Source: Candidatus Babeliales bacterium
GTDB taxonomy: Bacteria; Babelota; Babeliae; Babelales; JANWKD01
Assembly: GCA_963701665.1 (NCBI GenBank)
Contig: OY969622.1
Span: 1,248,001-1,312,000, forward strand
Direction: 5' to 3'
Length of the DNA stretch: 64,000 bases
Position 1 is the stretch's first letter; every line of letters starts with the position of its first letter. Of this stretch, positions 9,849 to 19,110 are shown piece after piece. Under the pieces are notes generated by a model. The model was not told where the DNA came from. It ran no database searches and saw only the letters and a list, made by a program, of their open reading frames with translations. The position numbers were made by a program, and so were the translations under genes.

Positions 9849-11525
9849 TTAACTCCTCTCAAAACCTTTCATTATCCAATTGGTAAATGGAAATGTTTCA
9901 TTTGTAACATCAGGAACGCGCGGCGCACTATAACGTGCGTCTAATGGTAAACGCGCGACTGACAATCGCATTGCGCGCGCTGCATCAGATGGTTTTTTCT
10001 CATCATGTATCAAGGCACGCGCTTCATCTTTTTTCATATAGGGCATAACAACAAAATGATTATCCATAACAAACGTAAGGATGTTTCTGATTTCAATGCG
10101 AATAACTGATAATTGCGCGCAATATTTCAACGCCATTATAACTGTTTGTACTAATTCGTACGCGAGACGGGCATTAAGATGAGAACCGTATTTTACTTCT
10201 TTTCCTCTGCGCGAAATAGTGGTAACTAGTTTTAATAATGAGTTTTGAATTTTACTTATAAAAATCAATGCCACTTGTGATGGATCTGCAATTTTGGCAG
10301 TAGCAATGAATGAATTAAGTGCGCTCATCATTTTTTCACGATTTTTTTTCAATTGCTCTGCATTCCCAATAGTACGCATCGCATCATCCATAGCTTTATC
10401 GAATTCAACAACATAGCTATTGAGCTCTCCATCACGGATAGCATCAGTTTTATTGCGGGCTATTAAATCAGCGTATGCTGACGAAATATTTTGCTTTACC
10501 TCCTCACGCATCGTTGCAACGTCTCTTTCATAAGTTTCTCGCAAGAAATCATCAAGTTTATCTTGATAAAGAACAGAATTTTTAATAGTACCTTTTATAT
10601 CAATTTTTAAATCACGTAAAAAATCTTCTTTTTCAGATTGGCTTAACGCTGATAATGCATACCATTGCGCTGAAAGATGATCAAACACCGATACCAATGC
10701 ATTTCCCATAATGGCAGAAAGATATGCTTGTAAAGTAAGTACGCCCAAATATGATTCATGCGAAAGTTCTTCAGGATCGAGTGATGCTAAATCTTTTAAG
10801 GTATGCATGATACTATCATACGCCTTACTTTCTACACTATTCACAACATTGCGCGTAATACTGCCTTCTTTTGTTGCATCTCCATAGAGCTCCTGCAAAC
10901 TTTGTAGTATTTGATTAAAATTCTTATTAAAGGTTGCATCAAGAATATAGCGGTGTTGCGCTCTTTTGAGTTCATGCTCATTTAACAACTCATAAGATTG
11001 CCAATATTTGCCTTCAACATTCCTTCCCAACGCATTAACACTCTCTAATATTTTTTTTGAAAATTGTTGCATGTTATCATTATTTCGGTATTGTGGCGTG
11101 AGCGTAATATAGAATTGCGTAAATTCTTCTATGTAGGCAGGAATTTTTTGCGTCGTTAGCTGTTTTTTAAGCGCGTTACTTGTTTTTTGTAACTGATTCT
11201 TCTGAGCTTCACTTTTTGCTCCTACTATCGATTTATCAATCTTTGAGATTTCTTGCTCGTTATTCAGCAATACTTTCAAACCATTTTGTAGCGCGGTAAT
11301 TTTTTCATGCACGAGAGTCGAAAGACTTTTTTTCTTAGGTAATGCCGTACCTTGAATATTCTTTTGTTCGCCTTTGGAAAAATAGGATGAGAAACGGCTG
11401 AAAAAACCTGGACTTTTTGGGCTTTGAGACCGTGTTTCTATTTGCTCAGATCCCAATGCGCCACCATTTATTGCTGAACTTAACAAACACAGTACGATGC
11501 ATGAACATATACAGAAAAATTTCAT
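9849..11525 (-). CDS. Hypothetical secreted helical protein (ORF open to 11606)
   Basis: MKFFCIC... signal-like start; stop lies 2 bp before the next gene. Confidence 0.7.
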   Translation of the reverse strand: MKFFCICSCIVLCLLSSAINGGALGSEQIETRSQSPKSPGFFSRFSSYFSKGEQKNIQGTALPKKKSLSTLVHEKITALQNGLKVLLNNEQEISKIDKSIVGAKSEAQKNQLQKTSNALKKQLTTQKIPAYIEEFTQFYITLTPQYRNNDNMQQFSKKILESVNALGRNVEGKYWQSYELLNEHELKRAQHRYILDATFNKNFNQILQSLQELYGDATKEGSITRNVVNSVESKAYDSIMHTLKDLASLDPEELSHESYLGVLTLQAYLSAIMGNALVSVFDHLSAQWYALSALSQSEKEDFLRDLKIDIKGTIKNSVLYQDKLDDFLRETYERDVATMREEVKQNISSAYADLIARNKTDAIRDGELNSYVVEFDKAMDDAMRTIGNAEQLKKNREKMMSALNSFIATAKIADPSQVALIFISKIQNSLLKLVTTISRRGKEVKYGSHLNARLAYELVQTVIMALKYCAQLSVIRIEIRNILTFVMDNHFVVMPYMKKDEARALIHDEKKPSDAARAMRLSVARLPLDARYSAPRVPDVTNETFPFTNWIMKGFERS

Positions 11526-11698
11526 ACTCAACCCACTCTTTTTTAACCTTGCCATCTTTATTTGGTTATTGATGTGAGTATAAAAAATTCCTTTTTTTGA
11601 AATCAACAGTAATTACAAATAGGAACGGGGTAAAAAATCAGGCTTATCCGATAATTAGAAAAATTCTGAATTTTGAAAATTAACATATTGAGCAACAA

Positions 11699-11864
11699 CG
11701 TCATCATGAGGAGCCGTCCTACTTCGCCAAGGCTTCGCAGGATCCGCAATGGAGCGCCTGTCCGCCGAAGTTTTAACGAAGGCGGAACGTAGTGATCCGT
11801 CTTTTAAAATGAAAATCCTTATTAGACTGGATTCCTACGGCACACAGGGTGCCTCAGAATGACA
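11699..11864. repeat. REP/RPE-like palindromic unit with two nested mini-insertions
   Basis: GTCATC...GTAGTGATCC and CTGGATTCC...GAATGACA arms; spacer is a near reverse complement of the one in 26072..26168. Confidence 0.7.
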
Positions 11865-11911
11865 TCATTTTCCCAAATATATTTTTATGTGTATTGAAAT
11901 TTATCGTAGAA

Positions 11912-12838
11912 CTATGATGATACTGCGCTTGAATCCTGCAATGATGATAAGAATGTTTTTATCTCATGCGCATATTCCTGAGGGTAATGTTTGAAAATAG
12001 TTGCATGGGGAGCGTCATCAACAATCCATAATTTCTTCACGCCCGGTTTGACAGCAAAAAGTTCATGAGCAATTGCTGAATTGGCGAACGTATCATTTTT
12101 AGCATGTATAATAAGCATCGGTGTAGGAATTTTTTGTATCCATTCATAAGGATTAACATCGCTCATGTCTTGAGAATAAAGATACGAATACACCGTTTGA
12201 CACAAACGTGCGAATGGAATTGCCGGCAAGCCCGTCTTATCAGAGAATATTTTTGCAATTTGTTCATCAAGACGTTTGAAAACAGAATCAATAATGAGCC
12301 CTTTAAACGCTGCGCCTTGCACTGCAGCACCAAGCAATGTTGCCGCTCCCATTGAGAATCCTAGGCCGACGATTGGTAATTCTTTTGTTTTTTCATGGGT
12401 CTGTAACAAGGAATACGCTGCCATGACATCCCAAATTTCATGTGCGCCTATCGTTGTTGCGCTACCAGCACTTTCACCATGCGCTCGATAATCAAAAAAG
12501 AGTACGTTTTGATCAGGACATAACTCAACTAAACGGCGTACATCTTCTTTATGTCTAAAATAGCCATGACACACGAGAAGATTATAGCGTGCTTTTTCAC
12601 GAACAAAAAGGATACCTGATAAATCTATACCATCTTTTGTTGTAAATGAGATAGGAATACCATGGTGATCTTTACATAAAGACTGTTTATAAAGGGTTAC
12701 TTTAACATGCCAATCATCATCACGCACACGTCGCGATGTAAAACGCTTTACAATGTATAAAGAAATGAGCCCTAAACTAATCGTTATTAAAATAAGGCAA
12801 ATACTAATAACTAACAGGGCTTTTTTATGAAATTTCAC
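11912..12838 (-). CDS. Alpha/beta hydrolase, membrane anchored
   Basis: HG motif, DYRAHGES, nucleophile elbow GFSMG, Asp and His near C-terminus. Confidence 0.9.
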   Translation of the reverse strand: MKFHKKALLVISICLILITISLGLISLYIVKRFTSRRVRDDDWHVKVTLYKQSLCKDHHGIPISFTTKDGIDLSGILFVREKARYNLLVCHGYFRHKEDVRRLVELCPDQNVLFFDYRAHGESAGSATTIGAHEIWDVMAAYSLLQTHEKTKELPIVGLGFSMGAATLLGAAVQGAAFKGLIIDSVFKRLDEQIAKIFSDKTGLPAIPFARLCQTVYSYLYSQDMSDVNPYEWIQKIPTPMLIIHAKNDTFANSAIAHELFAVKPGVKKLWIVDDAPHATIFKHYPQEYAHEIKTFLSSLQDSSAVSS

Positions 12839-13176
12839 AGCATTTCCTTAAAATGAGTACCCGCAAGAAAATGAATATGCGCATGCATAACAACTTGACC
12901 GGCTTCTTTCCCATTATTACTTAATAATTTAAACGAAGCTGGTGGTGGTAATTGTTGTGCTACTTTTTGTGCAGCAAATAATAAATCACCAGCAAGCTTA
13001 TGATCTTCAGGCGATAAGTCATGTAAATTTTTGATATGTTTTTTGGGCAAAATTTGATAATGAATTGGCGCTTTTGGATGAATATCTTTAATGACAAGCA
13101 CCGTATCAGTTTCTAAAATTTTTGTGCTAGGAACCTGGCCTTCTATGATACGACAAAAAATACATTCAGCATCCAT
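12835..13176 (-). CDS. HIT family nucleotide hydrolase (HinT-like)
   Basis: CIFCRII, DIHPKAPIH, histidine triad HAHIH. Confidence 0.92.
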   Translation of the reverse strand: MDAECIFCRIIEGQVPSTKILETDTVLVIKDIHPKAPIHYQILPKKHIKNLHDLSPEDHKLAGDLLFAAQKVAQQLPPPASFKLLSNNGKEAGQVVMHAHIHFLAGTHFKEML

Positions 13177-13213
13177 TATTAATTCCTATTTTAGTTTTGA
13201 AGCTTTTCCCCAT

Positions 13214-13403
13214 GCAGGCGTAGCCAGTCCGTTCGTCGCCTTTGCTTTGAGAATGACATTCTCTACGTTATTTCAAGCTATGCGGTCTTCGCTTTTAGCT
13301 TCGCCGGACAGCTTTCGCTGACATTTTCTTATTTAAGTTCCTTTAAAAAAATGGCGAAGCCAGGCGTAGTTTGCCGAGCCGGAAGGCCCGGATAAACGAA
13401 GAC
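13214..13403 (-). repeat. tRNA 3'-trailer repeat type A (after tRNA-Leu)
   Basis: First ~52 nt nearly identical to 16504..16555; patchy similarity continues for ~170 nt. Confidence 0.75.
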
Positions 13404-13490
13404 TGGTGCCGGGGGTCGGACTCGAACCGACATGGTCTTGCAACCGCGGGATTTTGAGTCCCGTGCGTCTACCAATTTCGCCACCCCGGC
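13404..13490 (-). tRNA. tRNA-Leu(CAA)
   Basis: Cloverleaf with long variable arm, anticodon loop CTCAAAA, GTTCGAG T-loop, encoded CCA. Confidence 0.95.
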
Positions 13491-13519
13491 GTAAAATCAG
13501 CACATAAGTCTATTGAAAT

Positions 13520-13547
13520 ATGGTACTTGAAAGGCCTTTTTTGTCAA
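13520..13547 (-). promoter_or_regulatory. Sigma70-type promoter for tRNA-Leu
   Basis: TTGACA-16 bp-TACCAT on minus strand. Confidence 0.55.
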
Positions 13548-13598
13548 CTTGGGCTCCATTGCGCTTTATTAATATTCTTCTTTTTATTTTTAATTTTA

Positions 13599-13638
13599 AC
13601 TTACGCAGTTATGCGGACCTAGTGCAGGCAGCACCAAT
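13599..13638. repeat. Isolated end fragment of the MITE-like element
   Basis: ACTTACGCAGTTATGCGGACCTAGTGCAGGCAGCACCAAT closely matches the reverse complement of 14082..14120. Confidence 0.7.
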
Positions 13639-13673
13639 AAGAAAAATATACTTTATCAAACTCTTTCATTGTA

Positions 13674-14120
13674 ACTTACGCAGTTATGCGGACCTCATGC
13701 CGGTCAGGCACAAGGTATTTTGCGCGCCCAAAATACCTTGAACAAAAGGGCGCCAACGTTCCGCTGGACCTTTTTCCCGCGCGAAATGCGCACTCAAAAA
13801 CATTGATGCTGCGCATCATGATTTTGAGCTTGTCGCGCTACACGATTTTCATTTAATAGATTTATTCTTGCATAACATTTGGACATTGCATCCAAGTTGT
13901 CATTGCGAGCCCTGTTAAGGGCGTGGCAATCCAGATAATAAAATTAGTTCATTATAAGCACAACATGTTGGAGACCTTGTCACATGTTAGTGTGCAAGGT
14001 CGACTTGTTTGCGTTAGGGAGATAAATAAGAGGCTTGCCCTCTTATTTGCCCTTGTATCCAATGTATTGGGCACGCAATACATTGGTGCTGCCCGCACAG
14101 GGCCGCATGACTGCGTGAGT
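13674..14120. mobile_element. Structured non-coding MITE-like element, copy 1
   Basis: Inverted ends ACTTACGCAGTTATGC / GCATGACTGCGTGAGT, several internal hairpins, inverted homolog at 61664..62356. Confidence 0.75.
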
Positions 14121-14160
14121 CAAAATAAAAAAGTTGTTCTAAAGGATATTTATATAAAGA

Positions 14161-14192
14161 CTGGATTCCCACGGCTTCGCCTCGGAATGACA
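14161..14192. repeat. REP/RPE-like single arm
   Basis: CTGGATTCCCACGGCTTCGCCTCGGAATGACA at the 3' end of the PilC-family gene. Confidence 0.65.
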
Positions 14193-14194
14193 AA

Positions 14195-15391
14195 CTAAGT
14201 AATCACCGATGAAAGATTAAAAATCGGTAAATACACAGCAAAAATTAGGAAGGTAATCATCAACCCAATTATGATCATCAATAACGGTTGCAAAAATGTA
14301 GAAATCAACACTAATTTTCGATTGACCTGTTCTTTATAAAGCTGTGCCGCTTGCATAAACATAAGCGGCAAACATCCTGATTCTTGGCCAACGGCAATAA
14401 GCGCTTGCACTGGAACAGGAAATAAGCGAGAAAAATTTGCCATGCTCACATTCATGGCAACACCTTGATCCATATCATTTTTAATATGCTCAACCGTTGC
14501 GCAGATGGATGAATTTTTTAAATGTTCATGCACAATTGAAAATGCGGTCACCACATGAACACCCGTTTTGGTGAGCAAAGAAAGCGCGTGAAAAAAGTAA
14601 GCACACTGTGATTGACGGACGAGTGTTCCAAAAAATGGAACCGCGGTACCAAACGCACACGCTTTTTTAAACCAACGCGCGCGTTTCAACCAGCGTGGCA
14701 CTACAAGCAAAACGCTCAAGCAGCTAATGATACTTATGTTAACGAGCGGATGGCGTAAGCCCTCGCTTATCGCAACCATCATGCGCGTTGACGTGGGTAA
14801 TGATTGCCCGGCGGTAGTAAATAATGAAGCAAATGCGGGAACGATAACAATGAAAATAATGAGCGCAATAATTAAAAAAAAGGTAAACGTAATAAGTGGC
14901 ATAAGGGAAGCACTGCGCAGTTGTTTCCTGAATGCTACAATAGTTTCTTGGTAGGCACATAATTGTTCTAATGCCTCAGGCAATTTTCCTGTTTCTTGGC
15001 CGACCTCAATCATATGCACCGTAAGAATATCAAAAAAATACGCATGATCTTTAATTGCTTGGCTCAAACGAATACCGTGGTGCAACGAAATCACACAATC
15101 TTCGATCAATGCTTTCAATGTTTTGTTGTTAATCTGATGAACAAGTAGCTCAAGCGCTTGATCAAGAAATATGCCTGAATCCAACAAGATTGAAAGTTGT
15201 CTGAAGAATTGCACTTGGGTTGCTAAGGGTATGCGCTTACTAAAACGAAACGGTTTTATTTGTTGAAATTTCAAACATGCTATATCAGTGTGTAATAACA
15301 CCGCATCAAGTTCAGCTGGTGAACGCGCCATTAAGGATCCGGATTTATCGTTACCTGCCAAATCAATGCCATACCATTTATAAAAAGGCAT
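14195..15391 (-). CDS. Type II secretion F / type IV pilus PilC family platform protein
   Basis: FFRQLSILLDSG, GQETGKL, GQESG, FLQPLL, YLPIF; three TM segments. Confidence 0.9.
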   Translation of the reverse strand: MPFYKWYGIDLAGNDKSGSLMARSPAELDAVLLHTDIACLKFQQIKPFRFSKRIPLATQVQFFRQLSILLDSGIFLDQALELLVHQINNKTLKALIEDCVISLHHGIRLSQAIKDHAYFFDILTVHMIEVGQETGKLPEALEQLCAYQETIVAFRKQLRSASLMPLITFTFFLIIALIIFIVIVPAFASLFTTAGQSLPTSTRMMVAISEGLRHPLVNISIISCLSVLLVVPRWLKRARWFKKACAFGTAVPFFGTLVRQSQCAYFFHALSLLTKTGVHVVTAFSIVHEHLKNSSICATVEHIKNDMDQGVAMNVSMANFSRLFPVPVQALIAVGQESGCLPLMFMQAAQLYKEQVNRKLVLISTFLQPLLMIIIGLMITFLIFAVYLPIFNLSSVIT

Positions 15392-15402
15392 CGTTACCTC
15401 CT

Positions 15403-15771
15403 TTAATCAAAAATTTTAGTCTGTGCCTCGCCTGGAAGAACATTAAGTTTCTTCAAAAAACTATCATAAGTATACTGACCTTCAATAAGCAATTTTTTAG
15501 TGCGCGCGGTATCACCTTTCAGTATGGCAATAGCTTGTTGAGGGATGCACAGCACACGTGCTAGAAATTTGATCAATTCTTTATTCGCGCGTCCTTTTTC
15601 TGGCTGGCTTGTTAGGTATACTTTGATCGTTCCGTTTTTTGCAAGAACTACCTTTTGCATACCAGATGCAGGAACAACATGGATGGTCACCGTAAAGCTC
15701 ATTTTTTTTTGTTCACTATCGTCGTTTTGATCTGTTTCAACATACGCTCTTGAGTGTATAAGCGCTTGCAT
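15403..15771 (-). CDS. DUF167 (YggU-like) protein; start may be 15702
   Basis: PEKGRANKELIKFLA...ILKGDTARTK. Confidence 0.85.
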   Translation of the reverse strand: MQALIHSRAYVETDQNDDSEQKKMSFTVTIHVVPASGMQKVVLAKNGTIKVYLTSQPEKGRANKELIKFLARVLCIPQQAIAILKGDTARTKKLLIEGQYTYDSFLKKLNVLPGEAQTKIFD

Positions 15772-15822
15772 AAATTAGTAAATATTTTATTCTAATGAAT
15801 AACTTTATGTTTTTTAACTAAA

Positions 15823-15913
15823 GGAGAGATGGCTGAGTGGCTTAAAGCGCTTGCCTGCTAAGCAAGAGCTCCAGAAATGGGGCGCGAGGGTTCGAATCCC
15901 TCTCTCTCCACCA
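15823..15913 (+). tRNA. tRNA-Ser(GCT)
   Basis: CTTGC-CTGCTAA-GCAAG anticodon arm, long variable arm, CCA. Confidence 0.95.
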
Positions 15914-16050
15914 ATCTACGCCTGCACCGGGAAAAACTTCGATGTGAAATTTGGCTACGATTGGCTACGCCAGTTTCTCTAAGGAATTGATGCGTAGATT
16001 GCCCGTCGTAGCTTGCCAAGCTGGAAAGCGTGGATAAGCGAAGACTGGGC
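15914..16050 (+). repeat. tRNA 3'-trailer repeat type B, copy 1
   Basis: 137 nt, 5 mismatches to 16160..16296. Confidence 0.85.
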
Positions 16051-16082
16051 TGGCTTCGTTCTTTAATTAATTTGAAATATAT

Positions 16083-16159
16083 GCGCCTATAGCTCAATTG
16101 GATAGAGCGTCAGACTACGAATCTGAAGGTTTTAGGTTCGACTCCTAATAGGCGCACCA
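16083..16159 (+). tRNA. tRNA-Arg(ACG)
   Basis: TCAGA-CTACGAA-TCTGA anticodon arm, 77 nt, CCA. Confidence 0.95.
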
Positions 16160-16296
16160 ATCTACGCCTGCATCGGGAAAAACTTCGATGTAAAATTTGG
16201 CTACGATTGGCTACGCCAGTTTCTTTAAGGAATTGATGCGTAGATTGCCCGTCGTAGCTTGCCAAGCCGGAAGGCGTGGATAAGCGAAGACTGGGC
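16160..16296 (+). repeat. tRNA 3'-trailer repeat type B, copy 2
   Basis: Direct repeat of 15914..16050 starting immediately after CCA. Confidence 0.85.
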
Positions 16297-16411
16297 CACT
16301 ACCCGAAGGAAATGACTGGCGAGCCAATTTCTTTCTCGAGTAATCTTATCATCTACATTTAAAACTTTTGATTTTTTTTACTTTTTTATTTAAAATAAAA
16401 TATCATTCTTT

Positions 16412-16503
16412 GGAGAGGTGGCAGAGTGGTCGATTGCGACGGTCTTGAAAACCGTAATTCCGAGAAATCGGAATCGTGAGTTCGAATCTCACCCTCTCCT
16501 CCA
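16412..16503 (+). tRNA. tRNA-Ser(TGA)
   Basis: ACGGT-CTTGAAA-ACCGT anticodon arm, long variable arm, CCA. Confidence 0.95.
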
Positions 16504-16680
16504 GTCTTCGTTTATCCGGGCCTTCCGGCTCGGCAAACTACGCCTGGCTACGCCAATTTAAATGACTTTTTTTAGTAAAAAAAAACGAAGACTGTCCGGC
16601 ATAGCTCCGTTAACGCAGAAATTGATATTCTCAAAGTAAAAGCGACGACGGACTTATTTACGCCAAAGGAAATGACTGGC
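16504..16680 (+). repeat. tRNA 3'-trailer repeat type A (after tRNA-Ser TGA)
   Basis: GTCTTCGTTTATCCGGGCCTTCCGGCTCGGCAAACTACGCCTGGCT shared with the tRNA-Leu trailer. Confidence 0.75.
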
Positions 16681-16699
16681 TAGCTAGTCTTCTAAAGCC

Positions 16700-17212
16700 A
16701 TGAACAACATTAAGCGAATTCTTATTTTTGGCAGACCCGGTAGCGGCAAATCAACAATCGCTCGTACACTCAGCAAAACATTAAATATTCCCTTACATCA
16801 TCTTGATCGTTGGTTTTATATCGAAAATTGGATTGAACGTAATCATGAAGATTTTTTGTATATTGTAGAAAACCTTACTAATCAAGATTCATGGATCATT
16901 GATGGCAATGCCCTCAAATCTCTTGAAATGCGCTATGCAAAAGCAGATGTTGCCTTATATTTTTGTTATCCACGCGCAATCTGTTTATTTCGCGTTTTCA
17001 AACGTTACTTTCTACAAAAAAATAAATTTGATGATCGAGCGCCAAATTGTCCAGAAAAAATAAATTGGAAATTTATACAGTATATATGGACATTTGAAAG
17101 TCGCATTAACAAAAGTCTCGCCATTTTACAAAACAAATATCCATCAGTAACGCTTTATAAGATCACCAATGATAAAGTATTACGTGAAGTAGTACAAAAA
17201 ATTCTTCGATAA
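16700..17212 (+). CDS. P-loop kinase, topology modulation protein (FlaR-like) family
   Basis: GRPGSGKST, HHLD, WIIDGN. Confidence 0.85.
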   Translation: MNNIKRILIFGRPGSGKSTIARTLSKTLNIPLHHLDRWFYIENWIERNHEDFLYIVENLTNQDSWIIDGNALKSLEMRYAKADVALYFCYPRAICLFRVFKRYFLQKNKFDDRAPNCPEKINWKFIQYIWTFESRINKSLAILQNKYPSVTLYKITNDKVLREVVQKILR

Positions 17213-17321
17213 ATCTCATACAATGCTTGCTAGTACTCCATTCAATTGGTTCAAGTTCTTTGAAACTCGGAGCAAAACAAAAAGCCAGCTTTTAAAGGTA
17301 AAAATAGAAAACTTGTTTAGA

Positions 17322-18980
17322 TTATCCCCTTCGCCCTCGTGTCACTACCCACCCTTCATTTTCTTCATTCTCTTCATGTTCTTTTGCAATCTTTACATGA
17401 TAATAAGGATCGAGGATCCGGTTAATTGCATTCGCATAACGCGCTTCGCTTTGCGAATTTTTGTTCGTAAATGAGGCATCAATATAACCGTCAATGTGCC
17501 CAAGGAGTTGTTGATTATTCATAAGATTCGTTCCATTTATTTCATCCATAATTTGAATCATATCCAGAATGAATTGTTTATCACTTTCTGCTTTTCTATG
17601 TTTTTTATGGGCATCACTTCGATAAATAAGAAACGTTTGTAATTGATAGTTCCTTATTTCATCTTTGACCCTTTTAATTGCATCACCAACCCAATCAATT
17701 GGATTTGCAAAAGCGCCAGCGCCCATTAAGGTTAAAAATAAGTTATTTACGCCAGTTTCTTTTGCATTAAGATAAGCTGCACGTACCGTACCGATATAAG
17801 AACCTTGTAAAACCATACGCGCTAAGCTCTTTTGATTCTGATTACTCCTGCCACCCCTTAGGCTATACGCTGCAGTAAAGATTTGATGAACGAGTTGTGT
17901 TTGTTCAGGATTAACTCTTCCTGTATCAGGATAAATGACAACATCAAGTCTTGCTTGCCGATCAGTTGCAGCTGGTTTATTGCCATGAAACGTGCCTCCG
18001 CCACTGGTTACAACAACATATTTATGATTACCTATACCTACATGATTTACATCGTCTTGAAATAGTTGGGGATTATTACGAATGGTAGCAGGCTGATAGT
18101 TTTGAGCAGCATTCCTATCGATATCCGCCGCATGACGATAAATATCCCATGGAAGCTTTTCACGATTGCCTGATTTTATATCATGCAATAAATAAAAATA
18201 TCCAAATGAATTTCCCTCGGCAATTCTTTGCGTTGGCATTATATATTTTCTATAGATCGTTGCACCACCAGAGGATATGGATGCTTCTTCTCCTTGTGCT
18301 GCTCCATAAAACATACCCAGCCCGCTTCGAGTAATCCCTAAAGAATTATCAAATTTTATTATACTACCCTCAAGAGGGCCAAAAAAAGTTGAGGCTATTT
18401 GGAATGATGTATATCTGTTATGAGGATCGGCTTGCAAATAACGAATATCAGTAGGATTAGAAAATTCTGGGTCATGAATACGAAGAATAAACCTTGGTTG
18501 ATAACGGAATTGTGCTTGGGGTTGCTGCTTTTGAATTTCTTGTAAAAGTTGCTGATTGGTTCCATAGACCAATTCGCCTTGAAATATCGCTGCGCGCCGT
18601 GGATATTCTTTTATCCAAGCCATAACATCTTGTGGAAATTTAGTTAATCTTCCATTTGCCTGAGGTCTTTCCAAACCCGTATTACTCCAGCCATACTGAT
18701 TTCTAAATTGTTCTTCACCCATGCCAAGAATATCTTCAACAAATTTTCCCCTCTCTATTGTTTCCCCTGGGCGTGCCGTAGAAATGAAATTTTGAGGGAT
18801 GCGTTGTGGTTCGGGAAAAACAGGTTGCGATGGTTGGCGATGACCCGCACGTTGCAAAGCTTGATCGAGATTCACAAGAAGTTGATTTAATTGAAATAAA
18901 GAATCAATCAAAATATCGTTCGCATTTATTACCTGTATACTTAAGCAATATATCAAAAATATACCTATCATCTTCTTCAT
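17322..18980 (-). CDS. Secreted hypothetical protein with possible macrodomain-like fold
   Basis: GGAG RBS before ATG 18980 (ORF open to 19082); signal peptide; FQIAS, AQG and LTLMGAGAFAN motifs. Confidence 0.6.
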   Translation of the reverse strand: MKKMIGIFLIYCLSIQVINANDILIDSLFQLNQLLVNLDQALQRAGHRQPSQPVFPEPQRIPQNFISTARPGETIERGKFVEDILGMGEEQFRNQYGWSNTGLERPQANGRLTKFPQDVMAWIKEYPRRAAIFQGELVYGTNQQLLQEIQKQQPQAQFRYQPRFILRIHDPEFSNPTDIRYLQADPHNRYTSFQIASTFFGPLEGSIIKFDNSLGITRSGLGMFYGAAQGEEASISSGGATIYRKYIMPTQRIAEGNSFGYFYLLHDIKSGNREKLPWDIYRHAADIDRNAAQNYQPATIRNNPQLFQDDVNHVGIGNHKYVVVTSGGGTFHGNKPAATDRQARLDVVIYPDTGRVNPEQTQLVHQIFTAAYSLRGGRSNQNQKSLARMVLQGSYIGTVRAAYLNAKETGVNNLFLTLMGAGAFANPIDWVGDAIKRVKDEIRNYQLQTFLIYRSDAHKKHRKAESDKQFILDMIQIMDEINGTNLMNNQQLLGHIDGYIDASFTNKNSQSEARYANAINRILDPYYHVKIAKEHEENEENEGWVVTRGRRG

Positions 18981-19110
18981 ATACATCTCCATACATAAAA
19001 GATTTTCTTTCATCATACTCTCCAAAAATAACTTTCGCTTCATGATTAAAGCCTGTAAAATGATGAAATACTTCGACATCATGTTGCAATAATTTTATCC
19101 AAGGACATTT

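Noticed and set aside
13923..14198. 91-aa ORF (and 13520..13741, 61595..61855) as protein genes
   Set aside because: They lie inside the palindromic element and their frames are not conserved between the two copies
15858..16097. 79-aa minus-strand ORF
   Set aside because: Antisense to tRNAs and the trailer repeat
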